A DNA stretch of 64,000 bases from Neoechinorhynchus agilis (lineage: Eukaryota; Animalia; Acanthocephala), in the NCBI GenBank assembly GCA_051530055.1, contig CM121343.1:4248389-4312388 (forward strand), read 5' to 3'. The notes beneath the pieces are model-generated. The model saw nothing but the letters and a program-made list of their open reading frames with translations. It was not told where the DNA came from and did no database searches. Positions 51,166 to 63,540 of this stretch are shown piece after piece (the stretch's first letter is position 1; the number at the start of each line of letters is the position of its first letter). Position numbers and translations under genes: made by a program.

Positions 51166-54100
51166 ATGACGCTGAATAAGATGTCCGTTTTGCACGAGGT
51201 TGGTTCATTTTCGTTACGGGCTTTGATTTTTTCGACTGGTACAGGTGAAGGCCTTCCACAGCGCGGCGAATATATCAATCGGCAAATCAGTACGGACTCT
51301 AACGCATTTGCTAATTATATTAAATAGACATGAGGTTTGTTAGTGGTTGATTTAAATTTCTTTTTTTAAACGCTTAAAAAGCAATTTCAAAACGAAGAAT
51401 CGACTTTATTCACTGTGAGCGAGGCTAACGATACATTTTTTGCAATCACTAAGCTCTTTCAGAAAAAGAATGTGAGTTGGCTTTATGATCATCAGAAGTG
51501 TTGGTTTCATGTCAATTTTAGGCATTTTTGCGTAGTTTGGTCTATTTGTGTATTAAAGAGCTTCTAATCCTATCACCATCGATAGATGCAATAATTGTGA
51601 CGTCATCATTGATCCGCGATATGACTGGCGAGGATAAGTTCCGCGCCCCAGCCATGCGTACGTTGTGGCGCATTGCCGATGCGTCAATGATTGGCAGCGT
51701 TGAAAGGTACATGAAGCAAGCTATCGTTCATAAGAGTTCGAAGATATCATCCAGTGCACTCGTTTGTGCTTTATGGATGAGCGAAAAGTCATCGGCACTA
51801 TTCGAAGCCGTTCGAAGGTGGTCAAATGAAATTTTCGAGGCTTTAAAACGGTTCCTAATTCTGGTTGTCTATTAGTTCTTTACCTATGAAACCAAATTAA
51901 AAGCATCCATTTCGCACTCTATTTGCCCCGAGTCGTTTATACTTTCCTTTTGCATTTGTAGCTCCCTTATTCGGCTCATTAACCGCAATCTAAATTGGCC
52001 AGAAGCGATCTCTGACTGCCGTTTTATTCTAAGAAATTCTAAACGATTAGAATTTGTTTATTTACTTTCCATTTGTAAGAAGAAATTCGATTATGTAGAA
52101 ACGACTTTGATTGAGAATCGTTCACTTACGCCAGCATCAGGAAAAATCACATTCTTTAGTTCAATACCATGCCCTTGCTATTCTGTGGAAGGTTAGACAA
52201 TCTGATAAACTCGCACTAACCAAGCTTGTACTGAACAACCGGAGCCGCGTAAATAAAAACAAGTTTGCAGATTTGATCAGCTTACGTTTAGCGGCTTATT
52301 TAATATCGGGATATAGTAGCAGCGGTGCCACTAACGACGAGACCCGTGCTGATCTAATGCGCTTTATTGAAAGTTGTCTTAAGTATAAAGGTAATATGGT
52401 TGCATTTGAAGCAGCTAAGACAATCTTATACATGAGTGACGCCAGTTCGGACGCGATTAACGAGGCAATCAATACTTTGAGATCATTTTTGGAATCTAAA
52501 CGACCGGTTTCACGGTTCGCTGCACTACGAATTCTGAATCGAATTGCTTCAACGTATCCACATATCGTAGGGCCCATCTGTAACCTTGATTTGGAACCTC
52601 TCATCAGCAGTCAAAATAGATTAATTGCGACTTATGCAATTACAATTCTGCTTAAGACAGAATCAGAGAGCAATATAGAAGCACTCATGAAACAATTATC
52701 TGGATTTATGTCTGATATTAACGATGAATTCAGGAGCAATGTCGTGGACGCTGTTAAGGCACTTTGTAACAAATTTCCGAACAAGCAATCAACTTTTATG
52801 AAATTCTTAAGTTCCTTGATTCGCGAAGAAGGTGGCCTCGAATTTAAGTCCGCAGTTGTAGACTGCATAACATCGATCATCGAACAAAATCCATCGTCTC
52901 TCGAATTTGGTCTTTCATCGCTTTGTGATTTTATAGAGGATTGCGAGCATGTGCAGCTCTCTACTCGAATCCTTCACCTAATCGGGCAATTAGGAGGTAA
53001 GGGCTCAAACGGCCGAGCCATTCGAAAGTATATTCGATATATCTACAATCGAATTATGCTGGAATGTCCTCGTATCAGAGCTGCAGCAATCACCGCGCTC
53101 ACAAAGCTTGCACTTAATGGTATGGATGAAACAATGATTAAACCTGTTGTCTCACTTACTGAATGGTCTAGCAACGATTTGGACGACGATGTTCGAGACA
53201 GGGCTAATTTTTCAATCGAAATTTTGTCATCTCAAGAAATAAGTGAAGCCCGCGAAATGTTTAACGAAATTAGTAACTTACCACCTGATGCAAAAACTCA
53301 TCTACCAAACGACAAATCGATCGATGAAATCGAATTTAGCGATCTTTTTGACACAACAAAAGTTAATCAACGACATATAGACCGAGCGTCACCTATAGTA
53401 CTTGGATCAGGCAATTTCGCTGATTCTTTATTATTGGAATCTCCAAATGTCAGTGGAACGGAGAGCTTTCCAAAAGCCATGATAGACGTTCTAAAAAATG
53501 ACATTTTGTTTAAATCATGCTCTCCAGTTGAACTAACCGAGTCTGAACTTGAATACACCGTTCGGTGCGTTAAGCGGATATACCAAAGATCTATTGTTTT
53601 TGAGTTTCATATCGCCAATACACTCGATGATGTATTTATGAAAAACGTCAGGATAAAACATGATGAAATCTTTGCGAAATTGAGCGAAACTAAGACGACT
53701 GCTCAAGTGGCGTTCACATCTAGTTGTGATGTAATCGAACCTCACAACGTCGGTATCATTTATACTGTCATTTCCTTCCCTGGAGATGTTCCAATGAGCG
53801 AGTACCTCTTGAGACTTGGATGTACGGTTGTGTTTCAAGTTGGTGACAGTCAGGTTGCAGCCGTGGAAGATTTTGATGATCAGTTGATAATTGATAGCGT
53901 TGAAACGGTTATGGCTGATTTGATGAAACCGTGTGCATCGAAGGTAAGTATAGAAGACAATCAGGATCCTGGTGCAATGCTCGATGACGAAAGTGGTTTC
54001 AGTCGTGAACATGATGCTGCTTTTATGGAAAGTGAGATATTTGCGTTCTACAACGTCAGTATAGACCAGTTAATATCCACTCTTGTGGATCAAACCTTCG

Positions 54101-54306
54101 ATCTGGCACTTATCGGAACACAAACCATTCAGAACCGCATGCGGTATAGTGCTTTAATGACAGGTGAATCGGTGCACAACCACTACCTCGCCGTAGCAAT
54201 CAGATTAGCATCTGATCCAGATTCTAAATCCATTCACATGAAAATCACCGTGAGATCTGACTCTGATGACGCCGTGAAATTCATCCTATCGGCAGTAAAT
54301 TCTTAA
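51166..54306 (+). CDS. COPG: Coatomer subunit gamma, spliced at the 5' end
   Basis: Exons MTLNKMSVLHE/VKAF..., EANDTFFAITKLFQ, IIVTSSLIRDMTG, VERYMKQAIV, VQYHAL, MVAFEAAK, LCDFIEDCEH, YIRYIYNRIMLE and ELTESELEYTVRCVK. The last ~720 codons are one exon. Confidence 0.95.
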
Positions 54307-55754
54307 GCTTCTTCAGTTACTCCTTTGGCAATTAAATATTGTGCCTGTGATGATGATGATGATATACCTATTATGTTCCAAATTTATTTTGCTGTAATGC
54401 CAAGTATCGATCCTGGATTTTTATTTTGTTTTTAATATAATCTATCATTCTTGACTTCTTCAGCCACTTTTTCGACTCGAAGAACAATAATTTCAAAATA
54501 TTGTGATTGTCTTTAAATTCAAAATCTCCTCGTTTGGGGAACAATTAACTCCTAGAGTATTTGCTAACCACGCTTATGGCGAAACCGTATTTATGATCAC
54601 AGGCCGTCGAAAAGCACTTTTAATGTTAATTACACTCATTTTGACTTTAAAGGACTATAAATAACGTTTTTTATCGTGAGGATTGAGTTTTATGCGGAAA
54701 CCAAAGAACATTGAAATATGCGATAGTGTTTAGAATCGAGAACTTTGCGGTGAACTGTCATTGCGTAAATGAAGCTAATTGTAGAAATCCAAAATTCTTG
54801 CAGTGTGGTTAATCTTACCATTTGCCCGGTACGTCTTCAGGGATTCACCTGATTATCGACAAAACGTAGATATTACTGACGGAATCTCAAAAATGTCTTC
54901 AGTGGCGAGCTTCTCAATCAAACTTGCTTACCGCCGTGCGGTTCAAGAATGAAGTTGACTTAAATCCATCACAGGTTTATTCTTCCTTTAAAGTTAAATT
55001 AACATCGTGGGTGATTTGAATCCGATAGAGCTTGTGCTTCTGATCCTATCGGACTGCCTTTATGTGAAGACAGAGCCTTTTTATTCGGGCGATGTATTTA
55101 ACCGTCATTGTAGACTACATTTAGAATTACGTTTTAGCTCGTGGCCTAAAATTGACCTCGCTGTAGTTGAAATCGCGCATTTTCAACCTTGTGTTGTTAT
55201 TACAAAAGCTACATACACAGTTACCAATTAATAATCACCATTAGTTATTCTTCGAGGGAATCTTGTAAACCCTTTAAGCCTCTTTGCTTGTTCAGAAATT
55301 CGAATTTTTATTTCTCTAACGCTTCTGGAACACTTGTTCTACTAGATAATTTGAATGACATTAGGCGAGATTCTGGGTTTAACGATTCCAGACCCTTAAT
55401 AATCAATTCAATTTTATTTTTGTATATTTGTAAAGCTCATCGTTCTAACTTTGTATTTGGCGTAAAAATTAAAAGGATTTATTGATTCCTTAATTTTTGC
55501 CAAATATAAACATGAACTATTCAATCTTCAACCACTCTAACTTTGCATCATACAGCGAAATACCCCATGTTCATTACGTAACGATTCCGATTTGCATAGT
55601 CCAATGAAAATGATTTACTTTCCATTGTGAAGAAACGCGGGTTTCACTTTCGAAGAACTTCTATCTTCAAAAATGATAGAATCACTGTATAAAATACAAT
55701 TGGAGTTATTTCAACTGCTGGCCAAAAAGAGATGCGACTGTTCTGGATCAATCA

Positions 55755-55995
55755 GCTGCCATAGTCGAAAGGACGAATGTTTTGCAGGAGGACTGCTCCT
55801 GCCTTCGGAGTATCAGTGATTCGTCTCAGTCACTTCGACAATTGTTGTCTGGACGCCAATGAGAACGAAATAATGATTTCGACCCAGGTCCCTGTATTTT
55901 GTCTTTTTGCGTTCCTCGGCGGCGGTTGCTGCTTCCTCTCCGATTTAGTAGTGGCGAATTTTATGTTACTGGCAGCGAAAGTGTCCATGAACGTG
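55755..55995 (-). mobile_element. CRE-clade 3' (RLE) fragment
   Basis: Minus strand with frameshifts: DTFAASNI...AATAAEERKKTKYRDLGRNHYFVLIGVQT...KAGAVLLQNI. Confidence 0.7.
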
Positions 55996-56404
55996 AGATT
56001 GTGATACTATCCGCCTTGAAATTGTCTTCAAATCATTTTTATTGTTTGATACTTTGTTTTGCTTTACTGGAAGCGCACCATGATAGTCGTTTTCGGTCTA
56101 AAAATGGCTTATTCGCAGAAATCCATTTGTAGCAGTATCACCACTAATTCTGAAGAAAATTTTTCCACAAGTATGGATCATTCAACTACTTTATTCACTT
56201 AATGCCAAAAATTACGGTTTAAGTTCATTTCTGCGTCGGCAGGGGAAAATGATCACCGACTTGTAAATGAAGATGTGTAACAAGAGACAAACCAATTGTT
56301 TCAAAATCAATTACGTCTTTAAAATAGAATATGGAAGTGGAAACCAAAGTAAAAAATTGGGTTTATTTAGAAAGTAAATTTTTTAAATGCATTGAAAGAA
56401 TAAA

Positions 56405-56620
56405 CAAACTCCGCCACGGCTGAAAAAGGAGGAGGGTTGGCGTCAGGAAGGGTATCCGGGTGTAAAATTCTTGCCAAATTTTGTCCCAAATGACAACCAA
56501 CAACCGAATCAACCAAAGGACTCCACGCGAATAAAGTTTCGAAGTGAGAAGCAGATCACATACTGCGCAGCACGGAGACTCGGGAAATCGCCGACGAGGA
56601 AGGCCGAAGAAATGATGGGT
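56405..56620 (+). mobile_element. RTE-type retroelement 5'-UTR relic with a possible internally deleted twister ribozyme
   Basis: AAACTCCGCC...AAAAAGGAGGAGGGTTGGCGTCAGGAAGGGTATCCGGGTGTAAAA resembles, from recollection, RTE/Rex3-type 5' ends. The central twister segment is missing. Confidence 0.45.
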
Positions 56621-56884
56621 GGATTGCATCAAACAAGATAAATTGGTTGTCGAGGGAACTGCAATCTCTTGAGAGAGAGAAAAAAATGCGCGAGAAGAAG
56701 ATTGAATGAATAAACAATCGGAAATCGTTATGTATACTCTAATCGTTCTAAAAAATTAAAACACGGGTTACAAAAATTTGTTAAAAAAATATAAAGTTCA
56801 CGATTAGATGATCACTTTGGAGTTGTGATCGACTATGTTAAGTCGTCTTAGCGATTCATGTGATCCTTTCGTCTTGAATTATAG

Positions 56885-58138
56885 ATGTCGCATCCATATA
56901 ACTTGAGGAGTCGGTCGTCCAATAATCAATCTTTGTTGACCCAACGCTCTTTAATATCAGATGAAGAATTGCAGAACAAAATTCATTCTCCTTTAAGTAA
57001 AAGAGCAAGAATATCAACTAAGAAAAACTCTCGATCGGACACCGCAAAGTCGACGCCGCAGCGAATTTGTCGCGATGAAAAAACATCAAGACCTAATCAG
57101 AGATTGATTCCACTTTTTAGAGAGAAAGCATACAAGCAAATCCTAGATTATGTACAAGCAAGAAATAAGGACAACAAACCGGGATGTCTGTACATCCACG
57201 GAGTTCCAGGCACTGGTAAAACCGCGACAGTTAAGTCATTATTGGACAACCTTAGCTCCCAAGACGAATTTAATTGCATATATATAAATGCTATGCGTTT
57301 AGCAAATCCAATCAAAGCCTATGGAAAGATAGCTAATGATTTGTTGGGAATACGCAAAGCGGACCGGAACGCTCTTCAATATCTGTACAATTATTTTTCC
57401 TCTGCGGAGCATCGGAAACCATGTCTTTTAATCTTAGACGAGCTTGACTATCTCTACAATCGAACGCAATCCGTTTTTTACAACTTATTTGATTGGGCTA
57501 ATTTACCCAATTGCAAATTTATTCTCATAGCAATCGCTAATACCATGGACATGCCAGATCGGGTAATGAATAATAAGGTTAAAAGTCGAATGGGATTCGA
57601 ACGCTTATGCTTTCCACCATATACATCCCAGCAAATCGCTGAGATCATCGAACATAACTTACAGGAAACTAGAATGTTTAACACCGAAACCGTACTATTC
57701 GCTTCTAAGAAAGTAGCCGGGGTTTGTGGTGACTTACGTCGGGCAATGTCTATTTGCAAAATGGCTGTGGAAATCGCCCAGCAATCAAACTGTAAACATG
57801 TTAAACTTGAGCATATAGCTGAAGCCATCGATGAGATTTTTTCATGCCCATTGATGAAAGGGTTAAATTCTTTGTCAACCAACGACCGTTCCATTCTCAA
57901 AATCATATGCATGGAAGTGAAAAGGCTCCGTGGTACTGGAAGAGAATTAACAGTTGGCGATATTTTAGATATATCAAATAATGAAAGATTAGCCATGATC
58001 GCAATTAGAAGACTGGAGTCCACTGGACTTCTTTATGGTGAGCCGGCTGATGGTGGCAAATCGGCAAATAGACTTATGCGCTCCCTTAAAACTAAAATTC
58101 CTGTTGAAGATGTTCTCAAAGCTCTCTCGGTTCAATGA
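56885..58138 (+). CDS. ORC1: Origin recognition complex subunit 1 (AAA+ and short C-terminal domain), single exon
   Basis: GCLYIHGVPGTGKTATV, LILDELD, VFYNLFDW, IAIANTMDMPDRVM..VKSRMG..RLCFPPYT and KKVAGVCGDLRR are ORC1-type rather than CDC6-type motifs. Confidence 0.9.
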   Translation: MSHPYNLRSRSSNNQSLLTQRSLISDEELQNKIHSPLSKRARISTKKNSRSDTAKSTPQRICRDEKTSRPNQRLIPLFREKAYKQILDYVQARNKDNKPGCLYIHGVPGTGKTATVKSLLDNLSSQDEFNCIYINAMRLANPIKAYGKIANDLLGIRKADRNALQYLYNYFSSAEHRKPCLLILDELDYLYNRTQSVFYNLFDWANLPNCKFILIAIANTMDMPDRVMNNKVKSRMGFERLCFPPYTSQQIAEIIEHNLQETRMFNTETVLFASKKVAGVCGDLRRAMSICKMAVEIAQQSNCKHVKLEHIAEAIDEIFSCPLMKGLNSLSTNDRSILKIICMEVKRLRGTGRELTVGDILDISNNERLAMIAIRRLESTGLLYGEPADGGKSANRLMRSLKTKIPVEDVLKALSVQ

Positions 58139-58775
58139 TGGAATAATCGCAAGGTATTTTTTTGTGAGTAAATTTTTTTATTCTATAATACGAACACATA
58201 AACTGTGGGATCAGTCCTTCAATTTTAAATCTTTCCACGATTATGATGATTTCTAGGTTAAATGATCGAAAGACGTCCTTCAAAATTAGTTCTCAAATGT
58301 TGCCCTGTTTTTCCTTTCATTTTTTAACTAAAACGGTGCCGTCAATCATCTTTTCCTCTCATAGCTGATTGAAGAAGTATAATATGCCATCTATACTTTT
58401 CTCCTAAGTTCATATCCTTCGCGTGGTGGAAAGGCAACTTCATTAATGGTCAAAATACATAATGCAGAGCATTTTTATTAAAACTTCTCAAAGTCACTAT
58501 TATAAATTAATAGCAATATTTTTGACGATTTACCGGTTTTAATTCAAATGTTGCTTTAATATCTATACATAAATTGAATTCTTTGCTTAAACTTTCTGTT
58601 TTGCTCGTAAGTCTTTCCTGCGTATCTATAGACATGCATTTAAGCTTTCCTGATGGCTAAGACTGAGTTCGATATGACATAAAAACCTTATTGATTCGCT
58701 CGTGTAATCTCGAACTTTAATTCAAAATCAATTTGATTTTTTCGTTTTTATTGTTACGTTGAATTCATTTTAGAA

Positions 58776-60848
58776 TTTATATATTTTTTAAATATTTCAT
58801 CTGTACGAATGAAGTTTAAATTTGATATATTTATATATTTTTTAAATATTTCATCTGTACGAATGAAGTTTAAAATTTATATATTTATATATTTTTAAAT
58901 ATTTCATCTGTACGAATGAAGTTTAAATTTGATATATTTATATATTTTTTAAATATTTCATCTGCACGAATGAAGTTTAAATTTGATATATTTATATATT
59001 TTTTAAATATTTCATCTGTACGAGTGAAGTTTAAATTTGATATATTTATATATTTTTTAAATATTTCATCTGTACGAATGAAGTTTAAATTTGATATATT
59101 TATATGTTTTTTAAATATTTCATCTGTACGAGTGAAGTTTAAATTTGATATATTTATATATTTTTTAAATATTTCATCTGTACGAATGAAGTTTAAATTT
59201 GATATATTTATATATTTTTTAAATATTTCATCTGTACGAATGAAGTTTAAATTTTATATATTTATATATTTTTTAAATATTTCATCTGTACGAATGAAGT
59301 TTAAATTTGATATATTTATATATTTTTTAAATATTTCATCTGTACGAATGAAGTTTAAATTTGATATATTTATATATTTTTTAAATATTTCATCTGTACG
59401 AATGAAGTTTAAATTTATAATTTATATATTTAATTTAAATTTGATATATTTATATTTAAATATTTCATCTGTACGAATGAAGTTTAAATTTGATATATTT
59501 ATATATTTTTTAAATATTTCATCTGTACGAATGAAGAAATTTATATATTTATATATTTTTTAAATATTTCATCTGTACGATGAAGTTTAAATTTATATAT
59601 TTATATATTTTTAAATATTTCATCTGTACGAATGAAGTTTAAATTTGATATATTTATATATTTTTTAAATATTTCATCTGACGATGAAGTTTAAATTTGA
59701 TATATTTATATATTTTTTAAATATTTCATCTGTACGAATGAAGTTTAAATTTGATATATTTATATATTTTTTAAATATTTCATCTGTACGAATGAAGTTT
59801 AAATTTGATATATTTATATATTTTTTAAATATTTCATCTGTACGAATGAAGTTTAAATTTGATATATTTATATATTTTTTAAATATTTCATCTGTACGAA
59901 TGAAGTTTAAATTTGATATATTTATATATTTTTTAAATATTTCATCTGTACGAATGAAGTTTAAATTTGATATATTTATATATTTTTTAAATATTTCATC
60001 TGTACGAATGAAGTTTAAATTTGATATATTTATATATTTTTTAAATATTTCATCTGTACGAATGAAGTTTAAATTTGATATATTTATATATTTTTTAAAT
60101 ATTTCATCTGTACGAATGAAGTTTAAATTTGATATATTTATATATTTTTTAAATATTTCATCTGTACGAATGAAGTTTAAATTTGATATATTTATATATT
60201 TTTTAAATATTTCATCTGTACGAATGAAGTTTAAATTTGATATATTTATATATTTTTTAAATATTTCATCTGTACGAATGAAGTTTAAATTTGATATATT
60301 TATATATTTTTTAAATATTTCATCTGTACGAATGAAGTTTAAATTTGATATATTTATATATTTTTTAAATATTTCATCTGTACGATGAAGTTTAAATTTG
60401 ATATATTTATATATTTTTTAAATATTTCATCTGTACGAATGAAGTTTAAATTTGATATATTTATATATTTTTTAAATATTTCATCTGTACGAATGAAGTT
60501 TAAATTTGATATATTTATATATTTTTTAAATATTTCATCTGTACGAATGAAGTTTAAATTTGATATATTTATATGTTTTTTAAATATTTCATCTGTACGA
60601 GTGAAGTTTAAATTTGATATATTTATATATTTTTTAAATATTTCATCTGTACGAATGAAGTTTAAATTTTATATATTTATATATTTTTTAAATATTTCAT
60701 CTGTACGAATGAAGTTTAAATTTGATATATTTATATATTTTTTAAATATTTCATCTGTACGAGTGAAGTTTAAATTTGATATATTTATATATTTTTTAAA
60801 TATTTCATCTGTACGAATGAAGTTTAAATTTAATATATTTATATATTT
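58776..60848. repeat. AT-rich 54-bp minisatellite, ~38 copies
   Basis: Unit ATGAAGTTTAAATTTGATATATTTATATATTTTTTAAATATTTCATCTGTACGA, with occasional variants. Confidence 0.97.
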
Positions 60849-61221
60849 CACCGCAAGTGGTGTAATTAAATGAAGCATGCGAAGGCAATCTTTGTGAGAA
60901 AATAAAATACTTGTAGAAATAATCGGATGTCCTTTTGTATAAGATTAACATTTGAACCGAGAAAGGTTGTAAGTTGAAGGGATCGTTGTATAAACATTAT
61001 CGTGTCTATGAACACGAGTAAGACAGTTAAAACAGGTTAGTGATTTGTCCATAAATTCTTTGAATGAAAAAACGGCCTTGACGAGTTTATAATCACGTCA
61101 AACGGTATGACAAAATTCGATTGGTTCGTTTAAAGGTATTTCATAAAATATTTCTAAGAATGTCAGCGGTTGAAAGATGCTTGGGTCTGAGATTTACGAA
61201 ACTCATAGTTGTGATATATTT

Positions 61222-61478
61222 CTATTGATGTGCATTAGCAATTTCGGCGATCGGAGGAACTTTTGTTTTTTACATCAGAGAAGTGATGTTACCACTTAAA
61301 CTCGGATGAAACGTTAAGAGTTCGTACATCTCTCCGGATCCTCAGATAACTCAGGGAGGCGGGACTCATCAGTGAGTTTCCTCCCTTCAGCGGTATTTCG
61401 TCCCAAGTGGTAACATCACTTCTCTGATGTAAAAACAAAGTTCCTCCGACCGCCGAAATTGCTAATGCACATCAATAG
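61222..61478. mobile_element. MITE-like foldback with ~75-bp terminal inverted repeats and a 107-bp core
   Basis: 61222-61297 pairs with 61405-61478 (one substitution, two 1-bp indels). No clear TSD. Confidence 0.85.
61336..61404 (-). ncRNA. Candidate permuted hammerhead, copy 2
   Basis: Minus strand: GGGAC-GAAA-UACC ... GGA-AA-CUCA-CUGAUGA-GUCCC ... GUUA-UC-UGAG-GA-UCC. Confidence 0.55.
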
Positions 61479-61918
61479 TAATCATCCGGTCGAGAAAATA
61501 GCTGACAAAATCAACAAATAATCACAGATGTGAGTTTTTTAGAGTGCAATTATTTCGAATATAATGAGGCAAGTCAGATATTGGCATTGCACCTCAGGAT
61601 GTAATTATTTCGTTAATTAAACTGCTTCAAATTTTCAAAAGTTTAAAAATGATACGAGAACAGTAGCAAAAGCATATTTTTAAAATTTTAAAAATAATGA
61701 GGAGGTTTGATTAAAAATCCCAGGTTTTCGCTTTGGCAAACTAGTAAAGAAGCGATTGTTTTGACGAGTCTTGGTCTAAGATTCTAAAAAGATGATTTTG
61801 GAATGTTAAATAATATTTCGCCATTCCTTTCATGAATTCGATAGATTAGTTTTACACTTTTTTCTACTGTGTTCGATAAACAACCATTTTATTTATGACT
61901 ATATACAAACGATTCACT

Positions 61919-63540
61919 TTACGAGGTTCGCGAAAAGGTTATATTTCGATTTATTTGGTTCTTCTTAGATTTTGCTAAATGTATTTTTCTTTGGGTTTTC
62001 GTCCAATATTTTCCCAATTTTACATCACTCATATATTCATCCTCGGTAGTTACAGATCTTTCCTCATTGATTTTTCGTTCTCGGGCCTTTAGTGCTTGCA
62101 ATTTTAAAATGGACATTGATGTATGTTTTCGCTTTATCCGCATCCCAACGGCTGCTGTTGCTGCCGCGTTTCCATCAGTTCCATGTGAGCGAGGCGTATT
62201 TGATTTTTGATCGTTCGATGTCCATGAGCTCATATGCGGTATGCGATTGCGATTAAAATCGGTAAATAAATCGACGGTAGAGGAGCTTAAATTGCCTAGT
62301 AAGTTATATTGACTGCTGGCCAGATAAAAGCAAGTCGCGGTTGAATTTGACCATTCCGTTGCCATGTTATTCTTATTTTCCTTGCGGTATGGTTGTTCAT
62401 AGAAAATTGATAGACCATTGCAAGTCTTTGGATTCGACATAAGTTGAGATTTAACAGTTCGATCCGACGAGTTTTGTAAAGACTTTGACGTGCTTGCTCT
62501 GTTTGATTCAATGGCATCACCTGACAGTGAAAACATTTTGGTCGAAAATAAACATCGACTTATAGCTGCCTAGACCGATAGAAACCAGTTAAATTTTAAG
62601 CGAATTCGATAAATTAACAAACGTATGGTGTCCTAATAATGCACAAATGGAACTTCATTCCATTTTTGAAAAGTGATATAGCTTGCATCCGACTGTTAAG
62701 TACAATACCATTAACTGTTTTAATCTGATCACCCGGAAATATTCGACCAGAAATATCTGCTGCAGTTTTGGGCTCAACCTAAATTGTATATATTCTAAAA
62801 TTAAACATTTGGCTTTTCGCTATGAATTTTCGAAATTTAATTAAACAGTGCCCATCAAACCATATTAGTGAAGGAAATGAATAGATTTGGTTTGTAATCC
62901 CTAGAGGAGCATATTTGTACTCATGAACGCCTTTTTGTTTCTTGGTGACAATTGTCCCAAAATTCAAAAAATTGCGAATTAATAGATACAAAATCTAAAC
63001 GCTTTATATTTATCCACAGTGCTACAATTACATCGCATACATTTAACTATATAAATATACCTCTTGAACATAGATTCGTACGATTCCTTTGAGAAAAGCG
63101 TAACAAAGCGTCAGACCAACCATATCCGATGCCTTTCGTTTCCGTAATGTTACATTGATCTAATTCATTGGAGAAGACATTAATGTACAAACCCTTCACA
63201 TTTATCGAAGACCTCAAGGTTAAAATAATCCGTAGATGCATCATCGTCATCTGAGGGGTTTTCTATATTTTCAGAAGCGGATTGTGACTCCTCGTTTTGT
63301 GTATTGGGACGAAAACCTATCGTTAACTTGTCGCTGAGTACAGGCGATCTTAACATTTACAGCTTTTGTGAACAAACTCGACAATGTAACAAAACCTACC
63401 CAAAATTTTGGATTATATTGTTTTCTCCATTTACCGTTTTGCTTGTCCTTGCAATGTGCACTGAACTTTTGCACTTCCTATCCATTGCCGATATTCCATG
63501 GAATGAATCGTCGGCTTCTAGTACACCGTAAAGCTAATGA
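61919..63540 (-). CDS. PDZRN3/4 (PDZD4/Slip1)-like protein, 3' portion; boundaries approximate
   Basis: ARERKINEERSVTTEDEYMSDVKLGKYWTKTQRKIHL matches the family C-terminal motif (IREERSGMTTDDD..SEMKMGRYWSKEERKQHL). Upstream short-intron exons extend to about 63540. Confidence 0.65.

Noticed and set aside
54263-54279. CTGATGA...GAAA near the end of COPG
   Set aside because: Explained by the codons SDDAVKF; no stem II or cleavage strand.
57478-58023. Antisense ORFs over ORC1, COPG, FoxF, FNDC3 and Scribble
   Set aside because: Shadow frames of conserved genes with no recognisable motifs.
58916-60873. Long ORFs encoding (MKFKFDIFIYFLNISSVR)n
   Set aside because: Artefact of a 54-bp (multiple of three) stop-free repeat; frame-breaking indels occur freely.
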